Shown here piece by piece: positions 10,152-19,346 of a stretch of 64,000 bases of DNA. Every line of letters starts with the position of its first letter. Position 1 is the stretch's first letter. The notes below the pieces were generated by a model. It worked only from the letters and a program-made list of their open reading frames with translations, was not told the DNA's origin and ran no database searches. The position numbers and the translations under genes are program-made. The stretch is from positions 1,051-65,050 of the forward strand of contig DATNHF010000054.1 in NCBI GenBank assembly GCA_035605115.1. The letters run 5' to 3'. Source of the DNA: Steroidobacteraceae bacterium (lineage in GTDB: Bacteria > Pseudomonadota > Gammaproteobacteria > Steroidobacterales > Steroidobacteraceae).

Positions 10152-11429
10152 CTACTTAAATCTACCTTGCGCGTCGACGACACTGGAGATCGCGTTCTGC
10201 TCGGCGCCGTTGGCATAGCCATCCAGCAGTTCCTCGATGCGGGCAAACACCACCCGCAGCGCCGTCGGGTCGGGCAAGGTCGTGACGCGAAAATGATTGC
10301 GGTACGGCACGTTGAAGCTCACGCCCGGGGCCACGAGCACGTGCTTTTGCTCGAGCAGATCGAGCGCAAACTGCTGGTCGTCGAACTCCGGCAGTGCCTG
10401 CGGATCGACGCCGATGAAGGCGTACATCGCGCCTTTGGGAGGCGCGAGCCGAAGGTAGCGGCTGCGAGCGACAGTCTCAACAATGGCCCGACGCGATTCG
10501 TAGAGCCGGCCGCCCGGGCTGACGATTTCACGAATGCTCTGCGAGCCGCCGAGCGCGGTCTGCACCGCCCATTGCGCTGGGACGTTGCTGCACAGGCGCA
10601 GCGAGGACAGCAACTCCAGCGCCATCAGATACTCCCCTGCGCCGCGCAGTTTGCCGGAAAACGCCGCCCAGCCGACCCGATAGCCGCAGGCGCGGTAGAT
10701 CTTCGACAGACCCGACAGCGTGGCGCACAGGGTATCGTGCACCAAGGTGGCCAACGGAATCGATTCGGCGCCGTCATAGACCATCTGATCGTAGATCTCA
10801 TCGCTGAACACCACGAGCTTGTGCCGCTCGGCGAGCCGCGCCAATGCGGCCAGAGTCTCGCGCGAATAGACCGCGCCGGTCGGATTGTTCGGATTGATGA
10901 CCACCAGCGCGCGTGTACGGCGCGTGATCAGCGATTCGATCTGTGCCGGGTCTGGCGCGAAGTCATTTTCCGGCTTGCAGGCATAATGCACCGCGCGGCC
11001 GCGATTGAGATTGACCGCCGCAGTCCACAACGGATAGTCAGGGCTCGGCACCAGCACCTCATCGCCATCGTTGAGCAGGGCGCGCAACACCATATCGATG
11101 AGCTCACTGACGCCGTTGCCGATGAACACCTCCTCCGCGCTGATGCCGGTGATGCCCCGGCCCTGCTGCTGCATCACGACCGCTTCGCGCGCCGGGAATA
11201 TGCCCTTCTGGTGGCAGTAGCCTTCGCTCTCCGACAGGTTTTCGATCATGGCGAGGCGCATGGTCTCCGGCGTGCGAAAGCCAAACAGTCCGGGATTGCC
11301 GATATTGAGCGAAATGATCTCGTAGCCGAGCCGTTCGAGCTCGTGCGCACGCCGCGCCAGGCGGCCGCGAATCTCGTAGCGAACGGCTTTGAGCGACTCG
11401 CTGGGCCGCAGGGACATCTCGTTATTCAT
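10152..11429 (-). CDS. alaA: PLP-dependent aminotransferase, AlaA/YfbQ-type glutamate-pyruvate aminotransferase
   Basis: 425 aa, colinear with the E. coli AlaA pattern: NIGNPGLFGF, IGNGVSELI, PDYPLWTAAV, INPNNPTGAVYS, SGLSKIYRACGYRVGW, LCSNVPAQWAVQTALGG. Confidence 0.85.
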   Translation of the reverse strand: MNNEMSLRPSESLKAVRYEIRGRLARRAHELERLGYEIISLNIGNPGLFGFRTPETMRLAMIENLSESEGYCHQKGIFPAREAVVMQQQGRGITGISAEEVFIGNGVSELIDMVLRALLNDGDEVLVPSPDYPLWTAAVNLNRGRAVHYACKPENDFAPDPAQIESLITRRTRALVVINPNNPTGAVYSRETLAALARLAERHKLVVFSDEIYDQMVYDGAESIPLATLVHDTLCATLSGLSKIYRACGYRVGWAAFSGKLRGAGEYLMALELLSSLRLCSNVPAQWAVQTALGGSQSIREIVSPGGRLYESRRAIVETVARSRYLRLAPPKGAMYAFIGVDPQALPEFDDQQFALDLLEQKHVLVAPGVSFNVPYRNHFRVTTLPDPTALRVVFARIEELLDGYANGAEQNAISSVVDAQGRFK

Positions 11430-11475
11430 GTGTCGAAGCCTACTCCGGGCGCAGGCAGCGCGAACGTTAGGGACG

Positions 11476-11964
11476 TCACAGCTGGAGTTGCGCCACTACG
11501 GCTTCGGCCGCGGAGACCTTGAACTGACCGGGCGCTTCGACATTGACCTGCCTCGCCACGCCCTTGTCCACGACGATCGCGAATCGCTGGCCTCTCATGC
11601 CCATGCCGAAGCCGCGGCCGTCGAGCTCCAGGCCGAGCGCGCGCGCGTAGTCGCCGTTGCCGTCGGCCAGCATGAGCACCTTGCCGGCAACGTTGGCAGC
11701 CTTGCCCCAGGCATTCATGACGAACACATCGTTCACCGCCATGCAGGCGATGGTGTCGATGCCCTTGGCGCGCAGCTGGTTCGCCTGTTCAAGATAGCCT
11801 GGCAGATGCTTGGCGTCGCAAGTCGGAGTAAAGGCGCCGGGAACCGAGAACAGCACCACACGCTTGTTATCGAACAGCTGCGCTGTGGTCAGATCCTGCG
11901 GTCCCTTGTCGGTCATGATCTTGAACTTGCCTTCGGGCATGCGCTCGCCCACTTGGATCGTCAT
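11476..11964 (-). CDS. Peroxiredoxin, Prx5/atypical 2-Cys type
   Basis: 162 aa with the VVLFSVPGAFTPTC peroxidatic-Cys motif, plus size and pattern typical of Prx5-like AhpC/TSA proteins. Confidence 0.85.
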   Translation of the reverse strand: MTIQVGERMPEGKFKIMTDKGPQDLTTAQLFDNKRVVLFSVPGAFTPTCDAKHLPGYLEQANQLRAKGIDTIACMAVNDVFVMNAWGKAANVAGKVLMLADGNGDYARALGLELDGRGFGMGMRGQRFAIVVDKGVARQVNVEAPGQFKVSAAEAVVAQLQL

Positions 11965-12021
11965 GGTGTCACTCCTTCCCGGTAGTAAAAGTCACAAATT
12001 CAATGCAGCGGCCACTCAAGC

Positions 12022-12046
12022 AAAAAGGGCTGGTCGCCCAGCCCTT
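12022..12046 (-). terminator. Rho-independent terminator after the TPR/ExbBD/TonB cluster
   Basis: The minus strand reads GGGCTGG-gcga-CCAGCCC followed by TTTTT, about 45 nt downstream of the TPR gene stop. Confidence 0.7.
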
Positions 12047-12090
12047 GAAGCTCGTGCACGCCTGCGCGCGATAACGGCCGGCCGCTGCGT

Positions 12091-13365
12091 TCAGACGCTA
12101 TGCGCCCCGGCGTGCAGGGCCCACAGCTTGCCAAGGCGCGCGTAGCCCGAACCGTTCGATGCACTCACCTTCTCGAAGGATTTCTGCGCATTAGCCACAT
12201 CATGGGAGCGCAGCTGCGCAATGCCCAGCAGCAGGTTCGCCTCATCGGGAAATTTCAGACTGCCCTTGGCAATGCCCTTGGTGATTGCGGCTATCGCCTT
12301 GTCGTTCTGGCCGTAGCTGAGGTAGGCCGCGCCCACCTGCACCAGCTTGTCCCCGGTGGGGGCATTGGCCGCATCCTTCTCGTTGTTCGCCAGAGCGACC
12401 TGATCGTTGGCCGCGCGTTGCTTGGCGCCATCAAGCAGATGCTGGTAGCGATCCTTGTCGCGCTGCTCGGTGAATACATTCTCCGCGAAGGCCTTCTGCA
12501 GCACGGACTGAGTTTCCCCCGGGTAGCCCTGGTCCAGCGCCAGCTCGGCCATATCGGCATAGTCGATGCCGCGCTTGAGCACGCCAACGTCATTCATGAG
12601 CCGGTAGACGTTCAGCTGCAGATGCGCATCCTTGGTGTCCGCATTGACGAGCGAAGCCAGCGCATTGGCCCAGTATTCGGGCTTGGGATAGTAGGCCACC
12701 AGTTTTTCCACCGCCCTGGAGGCGCCGGCCTTATCGCCGGCCTTTTCGCTGAACTGCCAGAGAAGCTTGAGCGATTCCTCGTCGGGCTTTTCCATCTTGC
12801 CGACGATCTCCTGCATCGTCGTAGCGGCATCCTTGTATTTGCCGGTCAGGTACTGACTTCTGGCAATGAGCCCCATCATGTCGTTGTCATTGGCACCGGC
12901 TCTCACGGCCTCGTTGGCCGTCTCGAGCGCCTTGTTATAGTCCTTTGCCTGGTAGTAATACTGACTCACGCTCTTCAGATAGACCTTCTTCTGGTCCGCA
13001 GTCGTATATTGTGACTGCGCCAGCGTTTCTATGATGGGAACCTCGCTCGCCATGTCCTGCTTGCCGGCGTAGGTTTTGAGCAGGAAGGTGCTGATCACCC
13101 AATTGTCATAGGCAGTCCTGTCGGGCTGTGACTGGGCTTCCTTGATCTTTTGCAGTGCCTCGTCGTAGTTCTTGGCGGCCAGCGCATCCTGTGCCGCCTT
13201 GAGAGGCTTGGCCAGCTTGTTGCTCACGGTCGGTTGCTCGGCCGCCAGGGCGGGACCGGCCAACAGCGGCAGCGCAGCGATCGAGGCCAGCAGGATCTTT
13301 CCGAGCGCGGATACGAATTTCAGGCCGTTCCTCATGACTGTCCTCAATGATGCGGGGCGCCCCAA
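12091..13365 (-). CDS. Secreted tetratricopeptide-repeat protein associated with the TonB/ExbBD cluster
   Basis: 424 aa with a signal-like N-terminus (LKFVSALGKILLASIAALPLLAGPALAA). Repeated TPR-like A/Y/L helices (YDEALQKIKEA, YNKALETANEA, NDKAIAAITKG). Last gene of the tonB-exbB-exbD-exbD string. Confidence 0.7.
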   Translation of the reverse strand: MGRPASLRTVMRNGLKFVSALGKILLASIAALPLLAGPALAAEQPTVSNKLAKPLKAAQDALAAKNYDEALQKIKEAQSQPDRTAYDNWVISTFLLKTYAGKQDMASEVPIIETLAQSQYTTADQKKVYLKSVSQYYYQAKDYNKALETANEAVRAGANDNDMMGLIARSQYLTGKYKDAATTMQEIVGKMEKPDEESLKLLWQFSEKAGDKAGASRAVEKLVAYYPKPEYWANALASLVNADTKDAHLQLNVYRLMNDVGVLKRGIDYADMAELALDQGYPGETQSVLQKAFAENVFTEQRDKDRYQHLLDGAKQRAANDQVALANNEKDAANAPTGDKLVQVGAAYLSYGQNDKAIAAITKGIAKGSLKFPDEANLLLGIAQLRSHDVANAQKSFEKVSASNGSGYARLGKLWALHAGAHSV

Positions 13366-13481
13366 CGACGATTCCGACTGGCAGGTCGACGGGTCATCAG
13401 GGCGCTTCCTGTAGGTAGCGGGGGGTATTTCAAATACCGGCGAGGCCCGAGTGTCAGGCGGCGTTTCGCCGGCGCGTCACA

Positions 13482-13913
13482 TTACTCCTGGACGAACTGA
13501 CTGGTATTGACGAAACCGATCTTTTCCATGTGGTTGCGCTGCGCGGCAGCCAGCACCTTGGCAACATAATCGTATTTCACGTGGCTGTCTGGTGCCAGAT
13601 GCAATTCGGGCTGCGGGTCCTGCGCCGCGGCGTCCTTGAACTGCTCCTCGAGATCCGTCAGCGTGGGAATCGTCTGTCCATTCCACGCGATGGTACCGTC
13701 GTAGTAGATGTCCAGATTGATGACCACCGGCTGCACCGGCGGCGGTGGCTGATTCGGATTCGGCGGCGGCATGTCGAGCTTTACTGCGTGCGTCATGATC
13801 GGCAGCGTTACGATCAGCGTCACGAGCAGCACCAACATCACGTCGATCAACGGCGTGGTGTTGATATCGCACATCGGTGCGCCTTCGCCGCCTCCTCCGA
13901 CACTCATTGCCAT
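13482..13913 (-). CDS. exbD: ExbD/TolR-family biopolymer transport protein (copy 2)
   Basis: 143 aa with the INTTPLIDVMLVLLV TM motif characteristic of ExbD/TolR. Confidence 0.85.
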   Translation of the reverse strand: MAMSVGGGGEGAPMCDINTTPLIDVMLVLLVTLIVTLPIMTHAVKLDMPPPNPNQPPPPVQPVVINLDIYYDGTIAWNGQTIPTLTDLEEQFKDAAAQDPQPELHLAPDSHVKYDYVAKVLAAAQRNHMEKIGFVNTSQFVQE

Positions 13914-13928
13914 GATATCAAGCCTCTC

Positions 13929-14375
13929 TTAGCGTGAGCCGCGCACGCCGTGGTCGGGCTCGGTAATGAAGCCGACCTTGATGACCCCACCGCGATTGAT
14001 GGCTGCGATGACCTTGCCGACGTTCTTGTAGTCGGTCTCGGCATCGGCGCGGATGTGGATCTCGGGCTGCGGCACCTTGACGGCCTCCCCCTCCACCCGC
14101 TCCACCAACTGGTGCATGTCGATCATCTTGGTCTGCCCCCAGAACACGTCGCCGTCGGCGGTCACCGAGATCACGATGTTCTCGGGCTTGGTCTGGGTCG
14201 GGATGTTGGTCGCTTTGGGCACACTGACCGGCACGTTCTTGGTGATGACCGGAATCGTGATCAGAAAGATGATCAGCAACACCAGCATGACGTCGACCAG
14301 CGGCGTCGTGTTGATATCCGACATGGTGCCGCGTTCATCACCGCCGCCATCCGAACTACCGACATTCATTGCCAT
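13929..14375 (-). CDS. exbD: ExbD/TolR-family biopolymer transport protein (copy 1)
   Basis: 148 aa with the INTTPLVDVMLVLLIIFLIT motif. Adjacent to exbB. Confidence 0.85.
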   Translation of the reverse strand: MAMNVGSSDGGGDERGTMSDINTTPLVDVMLVLLIIFLITIPVITKNVPVSVPKATNIPTQTKPENIVISVTADGDVFWGQTKMIDMHQLVERVEGEAVKVPQPEIHIRADAETDYKNVGKVIAAINRGGVIKVGFITEPDHGVRGSR

Positions 14376-14401
14376 CGCAGTGCTCCGCAGGCGCTCGCCG
14401 A

Positions 14402-15118
14402 TCAGCTGCCCTGGACTCGAGCGCCACTGACCAGATAGGCGTGCAAATCGCTGGCGAAGTTGCGCACGTTATCTTGGATAAGCTTGTTGCGGCGCAGCAG
14501 CCAGTTGTAGCCCAGAACCGCGGGAACCGCGACCGCCAGGCCGAGCGCCGTCATGATCAGCGCCTCACCGACCGGACCGGCCACGCGGTCGATGCTCGCC
14601 TGGCCGGCGATGCCGATATCGATGAGCGCGTTCAGAATGCCCATGACCGTACCGAACAGTCCGACGAACGGCGCCACCGAGCCGACGGAGGCCAGGAACG
14701 ACAGGCCGCCCGAGATCTTGCTGTTAACGCCATCGACCGCACGCTGCAGTGCCATCGTGACCCACTCGTGCAGATCAATCCGGTCGGTCAGGCGTCCCTC
14801 GTGATGCGAGGCGGCGCGCAGCCCGCTCTCGGCAATGTAACGATAATCGTCACGCTTTCCGAGACGCTCCACACCGTCCTTGAGCGAGGGTGCAGTCCAG
14901 AATTGCTTCTCGACGATCTTGCCCGCTTTCTTGAGCGTGCGCTGATCCCACAGCTTGGTCAGAATGATGAACCACGATCCGAGCGACATGAGCACCAGAA
15001 TCACCAGTGTCGTGCGGGTGACGGCAGTGCCGTTGGTCCATAGCGGACCGAGTCCGTAGGGGTTGCCGGTGGTGGTCGCGACTGCTGCTGCTGCTGCGGT
15101 AGGTGCTGCGGTATCCAT
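14402..15118 (-). CDS. exbB: MotA/TolQ/ExbB proton-channel protein
   Basis: 238 aa with three TM segments and the conserved C-terminal half (SVAPFVGLFGTVMGILNA ... GPVGEALIMTALGLAVAVPAVLGYN). Confidence 0.85.
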   Translation of the reverse strand: MDTAAPTAAAAAVATTTGNPYGLGPLWTNGTAVTRTTLVILVLMSLGSWFIILTKLWDQRTLKKAGKIVEKQFWTAPSLKDGVERLGKRDDYRYIAESGLRAASHHEGRLTDRIDLHEWVTMALQRAVDGVNSKISGGLSFLASVGSVAPFVGLFGTVMGILNALIDIGIAGQASIDRVAGPVGEALIMTALGLAVAVPAVLGYNWLLRRNKLIQDNVRNFASDLHAYLVSGARVQGS

Positions 15119-15184
15119 TGATTGTCCTCTTGTGCATCATCCCCGCAGGGCGAACCCGGCGGACAAAATTATTGGTAAAAGTCA

Positions 15185-15204
15185 AATAATTATGACAAAT
15201 TATT
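15185..15204. promoter_or_regulatory. AT-rich inverted repeat (AATAATT-N6-AATTATT) between tonB and exbB, weakly Fur-box-like
   Basis: Perfect 7-bp arms inside a ~55-nt AT-rich spacer upstream of exbB. About 10/19 matches to the E. coli Fur consensus by eye. Confidence 0.25.
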
Positions 15205-15215
15205 AAAGCGATAGT

Positions 15216-15848
15216 TTAGCTGGCGCCGTGCAGTTCGAACTTCACGGGTAGCGTCGGACAAGTCGCGATGGGCTTGCCTTCCTGCGTGGGCGGCTTGAAG
15301 CGAAACGCCTTGCCGACCTTGATCGCCGCCTCATCCAGCAGCGGGCTGCCCGAGCTCGTGACAACCTCGGCAGATTCGACTTGGCCTTTCACATTGATAC
15401 AGATCTTCACCTGCGCCCGACCTTCGGTGCCTTCGCGGCGCGCCTGCTCCGGATAGTAATTCGAGATATCCGGCTTCGAAATGACTTCGAGCTTGGTGGG
15501 CGCCGCTGGCGGTCGTGGCGGCGGCGGCGGCGGCGCGGCGTGGGTCGTCACGTTGGTGATCGGTGGCGGCGGCGTATCGACGGGGATGGTGATATTAATG
15601 TCCGGCGCAATGACTTGAACCGGCGGCCGCTCCTTAAGATCCACCGGCGGCGGCGGCGGCGGCAGGTCCTTGGGCTTTTCCGTCTGGATGATGTTGGTCT
15701 GCAGGATTGTCTGCAGGTAGCGCTGACCGCTCTTGGCAAGACCACTCGCAAAGGCATAGATGATCAGGACATGGAGCACTACGATCGCGACGAAGACGAT
15801 CGCGCGCTTGGATAGGAAGCTCGCATCTTGCGGGTAATAGGCGCTCAT
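15216..15848 (-). CDS. tonB: Energy transducer TonB
   Basis: From ATG 15848 the product is 210 aa. It has an N-terminal TM (AIVFVAIVVLHVLIIYAF), a Pro-rich spacer (PPPPPPVDLKERPP, PPPPPPRPP) and a TonB C-terminal domain (YPEQARREGTEGRAQV ... SSGSPLLDEAA). The track start at 15995 adds 49 unlikely residues. Confidence 0.85.
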   Translation of the reverse strand: MSAYYPQDASFLSKRAIVFVAIVVLHVLIIYAFASGLAKSGQRYLQTILQTNIIQTEKPKDLPPPPPPVDLKERPPVQVIAPDINITIPVDTPPPPITNVTTHAAPPPPPPRPPAAPTKLEVISKPDISNYYPEQARREGTEGRAQVKICINVKGQVESAEVVTSSGSPLLDEAAIKVGKAFRFKPPTQEGKPIATCPTLPVKFELHGAS

Positions 15849-16250
15849 AGTTCGCGGTGTCTGTTTCCTGTGGCTCTCAGCGCATGAGGCGCGGCCATTA
15901 CAAGCACGTCTGATAATCGCCCGATCAGCATGTCGGCTGCCATCCCCGGAACCCCATCCTCTGAGCATCCACCGATGCCACCGCGTGCTCGCCATGCAGC
16001 CTTTGGGCCAGCGCGCAGTGTGCTCTCGTCGAGCACGCGTCCAACGGTCAATCCATCCGGCGTCCCGCGCGGTCGTCTATCCCCTGGTGCTCCATCCTCC
16101 GCTGCCGCGTGCCACCGAATGTAGTCATGGATCGAGCGAGCCGCAGAACTCTAACTGCTCGCCGCAACCGTTACAACCTCGACGAACGCTATTGCCGTGG
16201 CTTTACGGGCTTTTCCCGACACAGTTTCGACCATCACCCCGCGCGCTACT

Positions 16251-17969
16251 TCAACGGTCGGTGACCGCCCCTTCCGAGGCGCTGCTGACGACGCGCGCGT
16301 ATTTCGCCAATACGCCCTGGGTCGCAAACGGCCGCCGAGGCTTCCAGACACGCCGCCGGGCCTTGAGTTCGGCAGCGGAAACGGCCACATCGATGCGCTG
16401 TTGTCGTGCATCAATCGTTACCGAATCACCGTTTCGTAGCAACGCGATCGGTCCGCCGACGGCCGCCTCGGGCGCGATGTGTCCGACCACGAACCCGTGC
16501 GTGCCGCCGGAAAAGCGGCCGTCGGTAATCAGTGCCACTTTGTCCGCAAGTCCGCAGCCGACGATCGCTCCGGTGGGACTGAGCATTTCGCGCATGCCAG
16601 GGCCGCCCTTGGGTCCCTCGTAGCGAATCACGACCACATCGCCTGCCCGCACTTTGCCGGCCAGGATCGCTGCAGTCGCGGCCTCCTCTCCGTTGTACGT
16701 GCGCGCGCGGCCTGTAAACGACAGTCCCTCTTGGCCACTGATCTTCGCGACCGCACCCGCAGGCGCCAAGTTCCCATAGAGAACAACGAGATGACTGTCT
16801 TTTTTCAACGGGTTTGAGAATGGTCGGATGATGTCTTGCGTCGCCGGATAATCAGCTACATCGGCCAGATTGTCCGCCAGACTGCGGCCCGTGACGGTCA
16901 TACAGTCTCCGTGCAGCAGACCTGCCTGAAGCAATCGTTTCATGAGCGGCTGAATGCCGCCGATGGCGATCAGCTCCGACATCAGGTAACGGCCACTGGG
17001 CCGTACGTCCGCCAATACCGGCACGCGTCGTCCGATTTTAGTAAAGTCATCGAGCGCGAGGCGCACCCGTGCGGCCTGGGCGATCGCAAGCAGATGCAGT
17101 ACGGCGTTGGTGGAGCCGCCGAGTGCAATGACGAGCGTGATCGCGTTCTCGAAGGCGCGCCGCGTAAGGATGTCGCCTGGCCGGATGCCCTGATGCAGCA
17201 GCGACACGACCGCCGCACCGGCGCGCCGGCAATCCTCCAGTTTGTCCGGGCTCACTGCCTCCTGCGCCGAGCTGGCGGGCAGACTCAGTCCGAGCGCCTC
17301 GATGGCCGAAGCCATGGTGTTGGCGGTGTACATGCCGCCGCAACTGCCCGCGCCCGGGATCGCCGTGCGCTCGACTTCGAGCAGGTCGGCATCGCTGATC
17401 TTGCCGGCAGCCCGGCTACCGACCGCCTCGAACACGGACACGATGTCGCGCCGCTGCACTCCGGGGCGGATCGTGCCGCCGTAAACGAACACCGCCGGTC
17501 GGTTTAGACGCGCAATGGCCATTGCGCATCCGGGCATATTCTTATCGCAGCCGCCCAACGCCACGAGCCCGTCGAACCCTTCCGCTGCGACCACGGTTTC
17601 GATCGAGTCGGCGATCACCTCGCGCGAGACCAGCGAATAGCGCATGCCGGGCGAGCCCATCGAGATGCCATCGGAAACCGTGATCGTGTTAAACAACACG
17701 CTCTTGCCTCCGGCACCGTCCGCGCCACTGGCGGCCGCGCGCGCCAGCGCGCCGATATGCATGTTGCAGGGCGTGAGATCCGCCCAGGTCGAGGCGATGC
17801 CGATCTGCGGCTTGCGGAAATCCGCATCGGTGAAGCCCACCGCACGCAGCATCGCACGCGCCGGTGCCTGCTTGATGCCGTCGACCACCAGGCTCGAATA
17901 ACGCCTGTCGCCCGCCCCAGCTGTGCCGACCGGCCGGTTCTTCGTTGCTACCGTCTTGCTGTGCGCCAT
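16251..17969 (-). CDS. ilvD: Dihydroxy-acid dehydratase
   Basis: From ATG 17969 (MAHSKTV...) the product is 572 aa. IlvD/Edd signatures are present: [48 protein letters not shown]. Confidence 0.9.
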   Translation of the reverse strand: MAHSKTVATKNRPVGTAGAGDRRYSSLVVDGIKQAPARAMLRAVGFTDADFRKPQIGIASTWADLTPCNMHIGALARAAASGADGAGGKSVLFNTITVSDGISMGSPGMRYSLVSREVIADSIETVVAAEGFDGLVALGGCDKNMPGCAMAIARLNRPAVFVYGGTIRPGVQRRDIVSVFEAVGSRAAGKISDADLLEVERTAIPGAGSCGGMYTANTMASAIEALGLSLPASSAQEAVSPDKLEDCRRAGAAVVSLLHQGIRPGDILTRRAFENAITLVIALGGSTNAVLHLLAIAQAARVRLALDDFTKIGRRVPVLADVRPSGRYLMSELIAIGGIQPLMKRLLQAGLLHGDCMTVTGRSLADNLADVADYPATQDIIRPFSNPLKKDSHLVVLYGNLAPAGAVAKISGQEGLSFTGRARTYNGEEAATAAILAGKVRAGDVVVIRYEGPKGGPGMREMLSPTGAIVGCGLADKVALITDGRFSGGTHGFVVGHIAPEAAVGGPIALLRNGDSVTIDARQQRIDVAVSAAELKARRRVWKPRRPFATQGVLAKYARVVSSASEGAVTDR

Positions 17970-18001
17970 GAGTTCGCCTCGTACACTTCCCAGTGCCTCG
18001 T

Positions 18002-19342
18002 TTACCGCCGGGCGGCGACACGCCTCGAGGCGCGCATGCGCACGAAGCCGAATGCTCCGGCGGTGACCATCGTAAACGGTATCAGCAGCGCGGCGATACC
18101 CAGCCCGGGCCGTACCGATTCGAGCCCTTCGAAGCACAACATGCCGATCGGTGGCGCGAGCACTCCCCGCACACCCGTCAGCGTCACGTGTACCCCCATA
18201 TAGTGCTGCGCGCGGCCGAGCGTCGCAAAATCGTTGTGTCCCAGATTCCAACCGAGATTGGCACCGGCATAGCTGGCTCCGAGCATCACGCTTCCCGGCC
18301 ACAGCAGCCAAGGCAGGCGCAGCAGCACGGCCACGCTCATGATCGAGATGGCTGCGACCAGCGACCAGCACTGGCGCGAGCGGTAGTCGATGATGTGTCC
18401 CTGGTCAAAAAGCCGCGCCCAGGCTGGCAGAAACAACGGCATCAACAGCAGTGGCAGCGCCGTGAGCAACAGCACCTGTGCGGTGCTCGACAGATGCAGC
18501 CGGTCGGTGAACAACACGACCAGCTGCGCGTTGAGCATCAGATTGCCCGCTCCGTACATGCTCATCCAGAACATGTAACGACGAAAGGCCGGGTCGGCAC
18601 GCAAGATCTCGAGCAGCATCCTCAGGCTGAACGGCGCGGCATTGATGCCCTCCCCGGCTTCGGCCGCGAGCAGCTGATATTCGCGCCGCACGCGCACCGC
18701 GCGGAATCTCCAGGCGGCCGCGAGCCCTGCCAGCGCCGCCAGCAGATAAATCCATCGAGCGAGATGCGCGCGCCGGTCGAGCAACCAACCAGTGGCCAGG
18801 GCCACCGCAGCCATACCAACCTCGGTGTAGACGACGATGCGCCCGGTCACGCGGGCCATCACGTGCCGCGGGTAATTTGCGGTCCAGATCGCGGCGCGCA
18901 CTGTGAGCACTCCGGCCCAGAGCATGCGTGCCAGCAGCACCGCGAGGATGGTCAGCACCAGTCCGCCACCGGCGATCGGGGCAAAAGCGATCAGGCCGAC
19001 GCAGATCGCAAACGCCGCCTGCAGTGCCACCAGCAAGCCGACGCGCGAGCGGCCGTGGGCGAGATTGGCCCAGGCAAAGCTCACGATATTGGCCATGGAC
19101 GGCGCGCCCGTCACGAGCGCGACGGCCAGATTCACGGCCGCACTCGGCAGGATCGGCGCGTAGCCTTTCTTGACAAAGACGGCCACTGTCGCCCCTTCGA
19201 CCAGGCCCAGCGGCACGCCGATGAGCGCCCAGGGCAGTCGCTCCCGGCTGAACATGGCTTCGACCAGCGCGCTCGGGGGCGGTGCTGCCGCGCCGCCGGC
19301 GGGCGCACTGGCAGTGGCGCCTGGTCGGATCTCGGAGCTCAC
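18002..19342 (-). CDS. MFS-type transporter
   Basis: 446 aa with about 12 hydrophobic segments and a basic inter-helix loop pattern. No specific substrate can be called. Confidence 0.6.
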   Translation of the reverse strand: MSSEIRPGATASAPAGGAAAPPPSALVEAMFSRERLPWALIGVPLGLVEGATVAVFVKKGYAPILPSAAVNLAVALVTGAPSMANIVSFAWANLAHGRSRVGLLVALQAAFAICVGLIAFAPIAGGGLVLTILAVLLARMLWAGVLTVRAAIWTANYPRHVMARVTGRIVVYTEVGMAAVALATGWLLDRRAHLARWIYLLAALAGLAAAWRFRAVRVRREYQLLAAEAGEGINAAPFSLRMLLEILRADPAFRRYMFWMSMYGAGNLMLNAQLVVLFTDRLHLSSTAQVLLLTALPLLLMPLFLPAWARLFDQGHIIDYRSRQCWSLVAAISIMSVAVLLRLPWLLWPGSVMLGASYAGANLGWNLGHNDFATLGRAQHYMGVHVTLTGVRGVLAPPIGMLCFEGLESVRPGLGIAALLIPFTMVTAGAFGFVRMRASRRVAARR

Positions 19343-19346
19343 CGGC

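Noticed and set aside
10128-11522. 464-aa plus-strand ORF
   Set aside because: It is antisense to the clearly conserved alaA-type aminotransferase and has no recognisable motifs.
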